Assembly: GCA_008632985.1 (NCBI GenBank)
Contig: QPGO01000357.1
Coordinates: 1 to 41,579 of the forward strand
From: Psammoneis japonica
Taxonomy: Eukaryota
DNA length: 41,579 nucleotides
Direction: 5' to 3'
Shown one piece after another: positions 8,991 through 21,566 of this stretch. The translations under genes were made by a program, and so were the position numbers. A model generated the notes under the pieces. That model worked only from the letters and a program-made list of their open reading frames with translations. It had not been told where the DNA came from and searched no databases. Position 1 is the stretch's first letter, and the number at the start of each line of letters is the position of its first letter.

Positions 8991-10315
8991 CAATGACGAC
9001 AACGTCAAGTTGCTTCTGGCGGGGTCTGGAGCAGAAGCATCCTCACAGGTTCAAGATTGTGGGAAGCCTGGAAAACTGTCAGTTGTCCACAAGACAGAAA
9101 GTGTCTCGGACAGCTCAGAAAGGAAGGAAGACACAGATGACAAGTTGTCGCAGTCACCCCACTGTTGCGAGAAAAAAAATCCCAAGGGCTCATTTCTGAA
9201 AACAGGAACACAAATGAGGTTCAAAAGTTGCAGCTCTTTTTGGAAAGAACGCAAAGCCACAATTGCCGGATTCCACAGAAACACGGTGGTGACCTCTGAA
9301 GGCGACTGGTGGTTGGGATTCAAGAGTGAAAAGGAGGAAGATGAAACCATTGAAGAGTGGGAAAAAGTTGATGTGCATGATCCAGCAATTGCCTTGGAGC
9401 CACCACCAGGTGAACGACCCATTTGCATGTCATTGTGACTGTGGCATGTGTGCGTTGACAAGGAATTGCAAGAGTGGTTGCGGGAGGCAAAGTTGAAGCG
9501 ACCAACAATTTATGACCAACTCATTGCCAAAACAACAAAGGAATGTGGCGAAGGCAGTGCCTGGGCCATTGCCAAACCAACTGGTGTCGCAGCGAAACGC
9601 CAAACAATTGCCAAGATGAAGGACTTGGGAACCATGCCTGAACCCAAAACAGGACCTCCATGCAAGACATGGAAGCTGGATGGTGGCACACCAACCAGTG
9701 ATTTGCTCCCAAACGACGATCATCAAAACCGCAGAAACAAGAGAGCACACAGTGACAAACTCGCTAAAGATCATCAAGAACGCGGTCACAAGAAAATGAA
9801 GGTGCGATTTGAAAAAAGTTGTGCTCTTGTTCCCGGCTGTTTGGCCGGAATGAAGGTGGACAAAAGAGATCGCAACAAAGGCAACCATCTTGGAATCATT
9901 GGTGTGGTGCATGAACAACATCCAGAGAGCATGTTGGTCAAGGTGGTGACAGAAAGGTGGCATCACATCCACTCGCAACAAACCAAGAAACATTCAAGCA
10001 AGAGATTGCAGCCCTTTGCAGAACCAGCATGTGCCCGTCACCAAAGCACTTGACAAGTGGCGACAACAAGTCAGGGACGGCACGTTCGATGAATCATCTT
10101 GTCCAAAGACAAGTTTGAACAAGGCCCACAAGAACAGCACAGGAGACCAACCCAACAACATTGATCAAAAACAGGGTGCGGTTGTCACATGTTGCTTTTC
10201 ATTGCGAGGCAAACCCCCTCAACAAAATTTCAACTTTTTTCATCATTTTAACTTTAGCGCGACGTTGTCACAAGACTGAATGGAAAGTCTCGACACAAAC
10301 AGTTGACAAAAATCG

Positions 10316-10949
10316 GAATCCCACGGATTCCCTGCCTCCGCCTTGGCTGTCTGCACTCCGATGACATGGCACAGTGGAAGCATCTCTTGTCAATCGATGC
10401 AATCACATGGATGTTGTCTAGTGTGTGTGCAATGTTCGCACCCGCACATGGACTCACAGTGTTTGCCACGATGAAAATGGTCGCCAGCAGGTGAAGCAAT
10501 TGGGACATGGGACCAGGCTTGGAATCGCCAGTGCCAAGAAATTGGTTCCCTTTTTCACTGTGCACAGGGGAGGGAGAGGTGGGTTTTTCAATTTTCATCA
10601 TTGGCATCTCCTTGGAGATGCCTCGACAGTGCCATGGTGTCTCTCATCCTGCCAGACAATGAGGAATCCCTTGGGCTGTCCTCGTTTCCGCTCGTCTCGT
10701 CCGTCGTCCATCCTTCAACCCATTTCGCTGCTGCATTCGCACGTTGACTCTTGGTCCAGTCAAGGAGGTCCTCTCCTTGCTTGGCTTAGAGTCTTGGCTG
10801 TGAGAATCCCACAGATTCCCTGCCTCCGCCTTGGCTGTCTGCACTCCGATGACATGGCACAGTGGAAGCGTCTCTTGTCAATCGATGCAATCACATGGAT
10901 GTTGTCCAGTGTGTGCGCAATGTTCGCATCCGCATGTAGACTCACAGTG
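10316..10949. repeat. 3'-terminal repeat set: 146-bp direct repeats B2 (10316-10461) and B1 (10804-10949) around A2 (10586-10803)
   Basis: gaatcccac(g/a)gattccctgcctccgccttggctg...gactcacagtg occurs twice; A2 aligns to 21349-21566. Confidence 0.9.
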
Positions 10950-11189
10950 CTGCAAGCATTGCGACAGCGCCCATGTCAATGGAGGCAGAGCCAACCGGAA
11001 AAAAAAAGAGATTGTCTTCTGACATGAGGAACAGACAAATGTTCCTCTCGAATGTGGCACTTGAATCTGAAGTTCAGATGAAATTTTTAAAATTTCAATT
11101 TTGAATGTCTGATGCAGAAAAACGACAGCATGCGGATGGCATCGTACAGAGAGGACGAAAATGGAACAGACATGTGTGAACAGCAAGAA

Positions 11190-12330
11190 AACAAATTGGT
11201 CAAAGAATGGCACAGGTGCCGCCTTGTCGAGGGCTCGGCAGTGGGCCTGAGAGAGACCCAAGCAGTTACGGAGGTGCACCATGAAGGCGTTGGATTGCCA
11301 TCTTAGCAGCCATTTAATCTGCTCGGTGCCAAAATTCATCTCATGGAGGATGTTGCAGGCTCCAACATGGAGGGAATGTGCTGACCATTTGCTGACAGCC
11401 TTTTTGTCCTTCACCTGGTCGAGGTGGTGCACCTCTGCTGCAATTCGGCGCATGTGGGCCTCAATTTTCTTGGTTGTCACAAGGCAGCACTCATTCTCCT
11501 TGGGATCGAAATGGAGGGCCAGGGGGCAGGTTTTGTCATCTTCGCTGCGGACCCGTGCGAAGCGTCAGATCACGCGAAGCATCGGCTTGACCAAGTCGTG
11601 AGTGCCCGTGAGGTTCAAGGCGAACTGGCGCTCCTCGCCATGTTGCAAGTTCTTCTGGGCTTGAAACACAACAAACATGCTCTCGATGTCATCTTGCTTG
11701 GGGGCAAGGCAATCAGCCCCAGTGCATCGGTGCTTGTCCTTGGTCTCAATGCGCACATCATCAAGGCAGAACGCGCATGTCTCCTCGAAGATGTTGAGCC
11801 TGGGATTCTCCACGTCTGAGTGGTCATTGGACTGTGCCCACTCAATGCTGCGCAGGCCTGCCATCAGGCCGATCTCAAACCAGTCAGCGAGGACCACCTC
11901 GATTGCGTCGAGGTCAGTTTCTTGCATGTCTGCTGCTGTTGAAGTCGCGTGTTGTTGCACAAGCAACGTGTGCGACTCGCGTCGGCTCGGGACCTTGTCA
12001 CGCCATTGGAGTTCATCAAACACTCCCCTGAGGATCCATCCCATTTTGGTGTCCACACTGTTGTCCTTGCGGACGTCCCGACAGTTGGAACCAAACAGAG
12101 ACACGAACGTGGAGACGTCGTGGATGCATTCCTTGATGGCACCTGCAGAAATGTTTTTACAGTGCAGGGTGGCCCCGGTTGCCAGATGTGATGCATGCAT
12201 GGCTGGCACCAATTGGCAACATTTTAGGTCCTTTCCAACCACAGTCATTTCCGGATCGTCTAGATCCCACCTCACACTCTTGTAAAAGTGGAGGAAATGG
12301 ATTTGGCGGGAACGAGCTGTCCCCAAGTCG
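11190..12330 (-). pseudogene. Tyrosine recombinase of the DIRS/Ngaro-type element, inactivated
   Basis: GLMAGLRSIEW (box I Arg); SAHSLHVGA (HxxR box with R->H); LLRWQSNAFMVHLRN (catalytic Tyr reads His); frame break near 11565. Limits approximate. Confidence 0.9.
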
Positions 12331-12855
12331 CTTGGGATCTGGGGTGCTGTTCTGTGCTTGGCAGACAGCTGTGAGGAGAGGAGCTGTGAGAGCTCTTGAC
12401 TCGGCTGGAAATGGCCCCAGGTCTTCAGAAAGGGACACTTCCAAAACAGCTGTTCAGAATGGTGACGATTCGAGATCAGGGCAAAAACAGAAGGTCGTGA
12501 GATGTCATCTGCGACAAAATTCTTGTCACCGAAGATGTGATCGCCATTTGGGTTGGCATGCGCACGACGCAGCAATTCACAAAAAACCCATGTGAGTCGT
12601 TGCCCTTGTGGCGACTTCGAAGTGGCTTTGTTTGTCCGGTTGACTGATGCCATGTCATCTGAGTGACTTCTGACAACCAGATGCAGGGGGACGACGCCGT
12701 CCCGGAAGAACTCATGCACCTGTTCTGGAGTCACATTCTCCATGCGAACAACAATGGCTGCCAACTTGAGCATGATGACAACAAACTCCGCTGTGTTGAC
12801 ATGGACACAGTCCGGATCCGTTGACTTCCGCAGCCTGAGACCCTTTGCGATTTTT

Positions 12856-13245
12856 GACGCGTTCCAGCCCCAGGTGGGACTCCATGTGACATTGGGCCCG
12901 TAGAATTCCATGTGCGAGCTCCGCAGTTGAAGAATTTAATTGATGGACACATTTGTCTTCAACATCAAATGAACGGCCAAGTTTGTGGTGCAATTGTGCC
13001 TCTTGCCACTCGACGTTTTTGCAAATGCGCCTGCCCCACGCGATTCTTAAGACATTCTAGAATCGCGCTGTAACAAAAAATGTCAAAAGTTGTTGGACGG
13101 ATCGCTCAACAAGTGCACCGTAAAATGACACAAAATGTCGAAAAATTCACGTAGAAATCTGCGTGCGCGACATGCGACGTGATTCAAAAAACTGTCGATG
13201 TCACAGTTCAGTGGCACGAGGTCCCACCTAGACCTGGAACGCGTC
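12856..13245. mobile_element. 390-bp MITE (GACGCGTTCCAG termini), TpA-converted copy, inserted in RNase H
   Basis: ~25-bp TIR; 4-bp TSD tttt; excision restores WRPKIAKGLRL; second copy at 24237-24627. Confidence 0.92.
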
Positions 13246-14124
13246 TTTTGGTCTCCAAAAGAAAAGCAAACAAAAATTTGAGCTTGCAGCAACAGGCACC
13301 TCCGCCGACGTTGCTGGCGTCTCCAATTGCTTGGCAGTGGGGCACCCGAGGGATGACACATCCCATCGGTGCCGACCATGGGTCTGGAGTTGATTGGATG
13401 TGTGATTTCACTTCCTTGATCACATCCATTACATCGGAGGTCATCGGGATCTCAATTTTCAGCTTGTAGAGGAGCTGGGCCTGGGCGCGTGCGAGCAAGC
13501 TTGGCAGCCTGTTCCGGAGTTGGCTTGGCAGTTGAGTTTCAAAATTTGATTTCAAATTTTGGCGCTCGAGGATGCGCTTCACAATGGCGCACTGGACGAC
13601 CATCGCTCGATGCATGGAGTTCTGGAGTGCAAAAAAATGGGGTCGAGCCCATGGGCAATGCCTCACATGGAACTCAAATTGACCATGCAGATTCGCTGCA
13701 TCTAGCAGTGTGTGTCGTTGTCTGCCAAGCCACTCATGGAGTGTTTCAAGGAGCTGTTCCCGTTTGCATGGTGGCGTGCCCACCGACATCTTTCTCGAGT
13801 TGAAATGCTGGCCCAAGGCTTTTCGCAAATGTGAACAGAGCGCATCCAATTTTTCTTTGCTGAGGAAATCAGGAGTCTCGTCGCGGGGGAAACCCAGCAG
13901 GACACAGACCGCCAAAGCACTCGCCACGACGGTCCGCTCCATGAAGTCGTGCATGTTGCCACAAAAGTTGTTGTCGACATGGTGCTTGCAGGTCGGCAGG
14001 AGACGATGGCCATCAAGAAAGACTCCAGGGTTGATGGCATTGGCTTCCACGGGAGAAAAGGATGCAATCTCCTCGGCAGTGGGCTGCTCCGCAAACGACA
14101 TGGTCGGCAGGTGCTGATGAGCCA

Positions 14125-14680
14125 GACGTGTTCCAGCCGCACGTGAACCAAATCGTGCACAAAAACGACATTTGCGCGATTTTTGCGCGGTCCCCAACTT
14201 GCGATCGAACTTTCACCAACAAAAGCACAGATTCACACAAATGCAAATGTTTTGCAACACTGACAAGACTCGTGTGAGTGTTGCAACATCATTGTCATTG
14301 TGCCATCTGTGTTTTTCATTGCGTTAAAAGATTCGCAACACAACGGATGATTTTCGGCGAAAACATTGCCGTCATTTGGATGTCACCCAAAAACATCTTT
14401 CTACGATGCTGCTTGGTGGGTTTTCCACCTGCAAAAAAATCTCAGCATAAATCTGCTGATGTACAATCAGTGTTGAGTCTGCTGAGGAAGTTTGTGATGC
14501 ATGTCCCATGAGGATTTGAACACCCCTCAAAAAAACCATTTAAATGTTCATGCTCTAGAAGCCTGCAAAAGTCAATCCGTCTAAGCATTTTTGTTAAAAT
14601 GCCACATGCACCAAAACATGCATAAATTGCACTCCAAATCCGATTGTCGTTTTGTGCGTCACCTGGGACTGGAGCACGTC
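14125..14680. mobile_element. 556-bp MITE with related GACGTG(T/C)TCCAG termini, inserted in RT
   Basis: TIRs gacgtgttccagccgcacgtga and gacgtgctccagtcccaggtga; 4-bp TSD gcca at 14121-14124 and 14681-14684; excision rejoins VIELA-HQHLPTMSF. Confidence 0.88.
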
Positions 14681-16187
14681 GCCAGCTCGATGACATTGGG
14701 AACAAGCCAAAAATGTTGAGCCAGGGATTGCCTTGCATTTGCAATGGGGTCCCAGTTGCTCGGGTTGATCTTGTCCCCGAAGGTGCAACCCGTTTGCAGG
14801 ACGCCTGGTCCGCATTGGACGCTGGCATGCATGCTGACGAGGTTCGGGTGATGCTTCACATTGCGGAACATGCCACTCACGTCATCGTCCCCGAGGCAAA
14901 TCTCCTCATGTGGGTGTGAGATCCTCATGTTCCATGTCCACACCATGAAGTCCATTTCAGCTGATGGGAATGTGATTGGAGGTTCATTCTCCAGATCCAG
15001 TGTGTCGTTGATTGCCATGCCGCCCGGTGTTGGGCGCATCGTGCTGTCAAAGATTGGACGCGGGCTTTTGCACTTCTTGTCCAAATCTGCCATTCCTTGT
15101 GGAGTTAGATGGCAATTCAGCAAGTGCGGCACGAGCTGCTGGTCAAATGGCAATGTGAACCCCTTGCGAGATTGTCCTTGACAACTGCTGACAATGTCTT
15201 TGCAGGATCTGCATCAACAGTCTTGTGGTTGCCATGGCACAAGGCTGCTTGAAAGTTGGCTTCCGAGAAGGCAGCATTGCATTTCACTGGCACCCTGTCT
15301 TGGAAGATGCGGCGGACATGTGCCATTGTTTCATTGGGGACTCGGCCTTGCATGAAACGGAGGATTTTTGTCCGTGTCGCGGTGCTCGCCAACATGTGGT
15401 CCGCCAACCCAGCGCACCAGATTCGCCGGGTCTCCATCGAAGTGCAACAGCACAGCACTTGTCATTGCTGCTTGGTCATCATTGACTTCAGTCTCCATTT
15501 GCCACCCTTTTGGGATGGCCACGCAGCAGGTTGAAGTCAACATCGCCGTGTTCTTGGACCAGACCCATGAACACAGCCACTCCCGGGACAGCGGCGCCAA
15601 AATTCAACCAATCCTCACCAAAATGGATGCTGACAGACGCAGGATTCATGTGTTTGATTGGTGGTGACAGATGTCCCGACTTCCAGAGTGGCAACAGCAC
15701 ATGATGCAGACAGGCTTCGGACACAAAACATTGGTTCAAATTTTCCTTGCCGAATTTTTGGTCCAACTTGGCGCGAACCCCCGGAGACAGTTGCGCACTG
15801 GCAAAGTGCTCGCAAGCTGCCTTGTTGAAACCATTGTTGATGGCTGGGATCAAATCCGCACCCTTCTTCTTGTGAACCAACGTAAAAGTCGGGAACAGCT
15901 CCACCAGCTCTCTCTCTCTTCGAGAGGTGCCGTCGGCACAACCGCAAGCCAACGCAGGCTCGGATGTGGTTCCATCACAGACGTGGCAAGCGCAGCATCT
16001 GTGGCTGGAATGGCATCCTGAATGCTCATTCCGGCCTCCTCTGGCTCTGCATCTGCTGCTTCACACTCCGGGTCGCTGTCGTCGTCCACATCCATTGCAA
16101 TGAGACGAGATGACCCATCCGGGATGACACAGACCAGTCAAAAGATTGATGGCACAGATTGAAACAACACTGGGTTTTCAAATGTGT

Positions 16188-18143
16188 TTAGGATGCACCA
16201 TCTGGGCCCTTTCCTGGGACAAATTCGAGCCCCTGGGTGTCCCGGACAAATTGGCAAAAGGCGTCTCGCTTTGCCTCCAGAATCTTTGACACCAATGATG
16301 GGTGTGGCTTTGGGCAGTTAGGGAACTTGCAGCAGCATCCTTCAGCACAAAAATGCATGCAAACACGTTCCTCCTGGTCTGATCCGTTCTTCTCATAAAA
16401 GACTGGACAGGCAGGAGGGCGCCTTGTTGTTCCCGAAAAAGTGAGCATGCCCATTGCCTTGTAGAGCTCGGCCGCACTGTCGGTCGTGTCCTCCGCACGC
16501 GGCTTCTTCTTAGGAGGTTGACCAGACTTGGTCTTTTCATCCTGTTTGTCTCCAGCAGGGGGCAACACAGAACTCCCGAGAGGGACAAGGGCCAATGCAG
16601 ACGCTTCAGCAAAGGCGAGAGGCTTGCCCCGTGTGATGGCCGTGTTGAGATCCGCGATGAGGGACTTTGCCAGAGCACGAGCATCCTTCGCAATCTGATG
16701 GCTCAGTGGGCGCTCGGTTTCAACCGCCTGGCGGTGCAATGGAGAGTCCCCAATCTCGAAATGAACCTTGACAATGGTCTGGAAATCATCCATGACACTG
16801 GCAACGACTGGTTTCGGGTCCTCAAGGTTTTTGAGCCACGCACGGCCAGGATGCGACCAAAGGACCTTCGCGCATGCATCCAATGATTTCCACAACTCGG
16901 CATTGTCGAAGTCTTTGATCCAACAGCCAAAGACACAACGAAAGTTGCACAGTGCCGACCACAGATTGCTGGTGGCATCCATCCTCCCTTGGACACACAG
17001 GTCGCTTGCCTTTGCGTCGTCTGGGATCTTGCAGTCCGATCTGTCAGCAAGCACCCAATGGAGCGTCCTCCCTTCCTCCTCAAGGCTGGCAAAAGAAGAT
17101 GATGCAGTCTGGGGCGGAAGGAAGGGGAGGATTGACAGCTTTGTGCGGTGAGAAGCCTGGCTGTGCTGCGGAGGCTCCGCAACCACGTCAAAGCCGCAGA
17201 AACAATCCGCGCAGGCTTTGTTGACGACGGTGCACTTGTAGTCGACTCCGGCATCAAGACCACTGTCGCCACGAGCCGAAGCCACAACAGCCATCTTAAC
17301 AAGGTCCGCAAGGTCTCGGTTGGCGTTGGCTGCCGATGTGTCTTGTGGGATCTTGACTGCACTGTCCGCAAGCTCCCTGACAATGACCATGGGCGGGTCT
17401 TCCGGACCGGCACCAGCAGTCGCTCGGAACGCACATGGAGACCAGCGGTGACCAACATCACGCGCCCTCAACTTCTGATCTGACTCCTTCTTCGAATCCT
17501 GGCATGAGACATTGATGGTGTGGTTCGGGACCAGGCCGTTGGCGCCCTGAGCTGGAGCGGCGGGAGCTTGTGCATGCGCAGGCTCTTCACCACCGAGCTG
17601 CCTCCAAGTCTCATTCGCAAAGGCATCCATCGTGCTCTTGACTAGAGCACACCAATCCGTGAGAGGCTGGAGCATCTGTGCATCGTCATCATCAAGATTG
17701 CAGACCTCCAAACCGGAGAATTTGTCGATGACAGCAAAGCCAGTCTGCTCAAACACAGGGCCGCCTTCCGCGACGGAGACAGAAGCGTTGTGCTGCAGCA
17801 ACCAGTCGATGCCCTCAGCCCATGCCGCTCCAAGCGGAAAGTCAGCAGCAAGGGATGCTGGGGGGTTTGCCGGGTCGAAGTCAACAGGAAGAGCAACGCC
17901 CACAGGGATTGGTGGGAAAAGCGGGAGCGCAACAATGGCAGGGCGCTCAGCCGGTCCAGTGGGATTCCCAAAATGGAGACGACCCACCGACGCAGGGTCA
18001 CTGGTCCCGTCGTTGCCGACAGGACCGTCGGTTTCGTCAGGGCTCAGTTCGCACTTGGGCAGGTGGCAAGCATCCACGGCGCCTTGGGGAACTAAAGTGG
18101 TGACATGGCCTTGGAAACGAGTCCAACGGCCTGCAGCAGGCAT
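16188..18143 (-). pseudogene. ORF1 (gag-like) of the YR retroelement, with C-terminal CCCH-like zinc motif; open but TpA-hypermutated
   Basis: Long ORF upstream of RT ending in CMHF...C...C...H. Start placed at ATG 18143 because the TpA-intact paralog (19701-19944) has TAG stops in the upstream extension called in the ORF track. Confidence 0.75.
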
Positions 18144-18561
18144 CCCTGCGCAGCCGTCGTTGATGCCACTTTCCTGCGTCTGTGGGCTGTCCGTAGCGAC
18201 GCTGATCCCGCAGAAGCGCGCATTGGAAAACGCGACTCCTGGCACAAGACCTGTGAGAGGCTGCAGGAGGTCCATGCAACTGAGACCGGTGCGACTGGCC
18301 ATCGCGCAAGTGACTCACCTTGCATGAAGGGACTGCGTGGGGTGCACGCAGTGCCGAGTGTGAGCCTGTGGATTGGCTCTGCATGAGTGTCTGTGAGTCA
18401 CACAAAAGACTTGTCTCAGTTGCATGGACCTCCTGCAGCCTCTCGTGGGTCTCATGCTGGGAGTCGCGTTTTCCAATGCGCGCTTCTGCAGGATCAGCGT
18501 CGCTGCGGACAGCCTGCAGACGCAGGAAAGTGGCGTCAACNGACGGCTGCGCAGGGATGCC
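18139..18561. repeat. Fold-back: 18413-18561 is an inverted copy of 18139-18287
   Basis: Direct reverse-complement match of ~150 bp; contains an N at 18541. Confidence 0.9.
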
Positions 18562-19000
18562 CACTGCACTCGCCCCTGTGACAAGGTCGTACGAGTGACA
18601 GAAGGTCCTGCTGCTGGAGATGGACATTTTGAGGCATTTCACATGTGTCCACCAGCGCACCTTCTCGCACACGAAGTGTGACATTTTCGTCGACTTGAAC
18701 AACTGCAGCTGGCCCTGCATGACTGTCGGTGCCCGCCACTGTTCGTCCGTTGTTCTTGCTTGACAAGCACAAGTTGTCCCTTCGTTTGTTGGCACTCTCT
18801 TCTCTTAAAGTTCTCACGCTTGTCATTCAAGCGGAACATTTTCTGCTTTCTGTCTGCGACATGCCTCCACTTGGCACAACAGGCAACAGATGAACTTGTG
18901 TTGCGTCCGAAGACTGTCTGCATCAGAGTTGCCTTGGCAGTGGTCTGCAGCCCTGCAGTTGTACGTACAGCAAAGGTCACGGCAGAAAGTTTCAATCCAA
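18562..19000 (-). pseudogene. Diverged Gypsy integrase C-terminal fragment with PPT-like end
   Basis: LSAVTFAVRTT...MQTVFGRN...KWRHVADRKQK...NDKRENFKRRE...GQLVLVKQEQ, homologous to the 1093-1469 protein. Confidence 0.8.
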
Positions 19001-19700
19001 GGGTCGTCCTAACTCCATGTCTTGCAGTCCACTCGGATTGCTGTGTCAAGAACGCAGGTGTCACGCGGCTCCATTCCACCATGGAGTTCGCCCTGGGCAA
19101 AAAAAAAAAAGAAAAAAAGGCAGCGCATCGACACAATTGCAGAGGTGATCAGGCTCCACTTTCTGTCATGGCAACACCCATTCTGTCTTTGACAGGCAAT
19201 AGACAAAGCAAAAATTTCTTGCTCATATCACATTCTTTCACCTTCACGGAAAGAACGCATCTTTGAATGGCGGGCTTTTCGTCATAAAGCTCTTTTTTAC
19301 GCCAGTTCAGGTTGTTTTTTTTGAAGTTTACATGTTTTTTTGGCTCTTTTACGCCTTTTTTTGGCATTTTTATACTTTTGCAATTTTTATAGCCGAAGTG
19401 TCATATCCTTATATATAATATTCGGCGTTTCAAAAACGGCATTTTTCTTGTCCGTTGGCGTCGTTGAATTCAGTTAAACCGAATGGTCTGCAGCCCATGA
19501 GCGGTTAAGTACTCTGATTTTTTAGAGCATAAGATTGACTTTTACGCGGGTATTTGTCATATGTTGGGTTTTTTCGTTTAACCCTTCGAGCGTTTCGTCA
19601 CATAACGCCTCGTTCGTACTTTTGCACATAAAAGTAATAGCACTGTAGAATGTATGTATCTACTTTCACAGTATGTGCATCGTTTTCTGACACATGTAGA

Positions 19701-19944
19701 TTTCCTGCGTCTGTGGGCTGTCCGTAGCGACGCTGATCCCGCAGAAGCGCGTATTAGAAAACGCGAATCCTAGTATAAGACCTACGAGAGGCTACAGGAG
19801 GTCCATACAACTGAGACCGGCGCGACTGGCCATCGCGCAAGTGACTCACCTTGTATGAAGGGACTGCGTAGGGTGTACGCAGTGCCGAGTATGAGCCTGT
19901 GGATTGGCTCCGCATGAGTGTCTATAAGTCATACAAAAAGACTT
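19701..19944. repeat. TpA-intact direct copy of the YR-element leader 18170-18412
   Basis: Colinear alignment with 15 TpA->TG/CA, 3 CpG transitions, 1 other substitution and 1 indel. Confidence 0.95.
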
Positions 19945-21566
19945 ATGCTTAAGTCTTTCCAATGACTTATTGTGTAACAAGAATTCTGGTTTCTTGGAAA
20001 AGAACACCATCGCGTGTTTCTGCTCTAACTAAAATAATCTCATAATTTCTAAATTTCACACACAACAGAAATTCTCTGTCTCTCTACGACTAAGCACTTG
20101 GACCCCATTTTTGCATGGGGCAGGCCGGACATCGGGATGACCTCACCGATCGTATCCGAGAGGCTCCCAATCCACCTCATGTTCCCATCAGCATGCTGCC
20201 TGGGGCGAGGTTTCACCACAACCGTGATCTTGCGATTGTGGACCGTGTGGAAAAGGTCCGAGGTCGCGAAGACATGGTCACGAAGCTCCTTCTGGGCATC
20301 ATGGTGGACCGTCGTCGAGACAGACTCGAGCACACCCGCAGAGGAGGGCAGAGTGGCAGAGTGCCACTTGGTGGCGGCCAGCTTGCCACGGTTGATGGCA
20401 GCAACATGGGCTCAGCTTATGGTGGAACAACAGAAATGTCGGAAAACAAAGGCTCGTCCAATCTTGAAAAAAAGGAAAAGTGAGAACAAACACGCTGGAA
20501 AGTGAAAGCGACCAGCGTGTGAAATTGCTCAGGAAGGACAAGCGTTGACCGACATCATGTCGGTTCCGCGAACGTAACCCCACCTGATTCCTGTGCTCAT
20601 CCAACACATGAAGACAAGGATGAATCGAGCATTTGGTCCCACGTGACGGGTCGGTTTCCATCACCATTCATCATCATGATTGCGCGCATTTCGCGAGAAA
20701 ACGAGAAAACTCCGAAAAACGTGGTGACAATTTTCGTTTTGGCCAAACCCTCCCGAGAATGAACATGTGTGCACGCAATCAGCATCGGCCAAACAACTGT
20801 GATGCATCCGACACAACACAGTGTGTGAATGCACACATCTGTGCATGGCATGTCTCGGTGAGAGGGGAGAAAAATTTGGACACGCCGAGAGGAAAGGTGA
20901 TGACCATGGCCGAAAAAGCGGAGAAAAAAGGAGGGGCCAGCATGGGCGCCCATGAAAAGAGCAGCAAATGGATTGAAAAACCACACTGATGTTGCCCATG
21001 TGGGACTTAAATGGCACTTGGACCGTGCGTGTGAGGATGCACTCCTTGTGAGAAAGGCACCATTGAGAGGTGTGGCAAAACAGGCCAGAGTGCGAGGCAA
21101 TCCTCGGCCGCCGAAGCGGTCCCTGCCATGAGCGGACCCAATCGGGATTTAGAGCAATGCCCATGTGACATGGCTCCGAAATGGTGTGACCTCAGTCAAC
21201 ATTGACAGGAAAGGTGGGAGGTGCATCCACAGGACAGCGCCGAAATGGCGTGGCAACAATGGGCGCCAATGCACGAGACACTCCCGACTGCGCAAACGCA
21301 GACCACGCAAGGGATTTTCCATTGACTGACAGGGAGGAGAAAGTCACCTTTCAATTTTCATCGTTGGCATCTCCTTGGAGACGCCTCGACAGCACCATGG
21401 TGTCTCCCATCCTGCCAGACAATGAGGGATCCCTTGGGCTGGCCTCGTTTCCGCTCATCTTGTCCGTCATCCGTCCTTCAACCCATTTTGCTGCCACATT
21501 CGCGCGGTGACTCTCGGTCCAGTCAAGGAGGTCCTCTCCTTGCTTGGCCTGGAGTCTTGGCTGCGA

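Larger units (their letters stand above)
222..10150 (+). mobile_element. Degenerate Ginger-type (integrase-encoding, KRBA2-like) DNA transposon, split by the Gypsy insertion at 622-5874 and truncated near 10150
   Basis: Removing 622-5874 rejoins ATG550-MSVALPPSQ...KKVRAI in frame with FMETKHHEAF (5877 onward). It has an rve-type integrase, a Ulp1-like segment and a RING-like segment. There is a TGT-start candidate terminus at 222 followed by subterminal palindromes. No right terminus was found, so both outer limits are approximate. Confidence 0.6.
12330..15952 (-). pseudogene. Reverse transcriptase-RNase H ORF of the YR retroelement; frameshifted and interrupted by two MITEs
   Basis: RPIFDST; LGDDDVSGMFR; TFGDKINPSNW; HHVDN at the YxDD position; GDASNVGGG; HVNTAEF; HIFGDKNFVADDISR. 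Confidence 0.88.

Noticed and set aside
18144..18302. N-terminal extension of the 704-aa ORF
   Set aside because: The TpA-intact paralog at 19701-19944 has in-frame TAG stops here.
18170..19944. CpG decay from a CG ancestor (CG->TG/CA->TA)
   Set aside because: It would need Arg codons at conserved Tyr positions, a CG TSD for a mariner-type MITE, and double hits at nearly every site in copies that otherwise retain abundant CpG.
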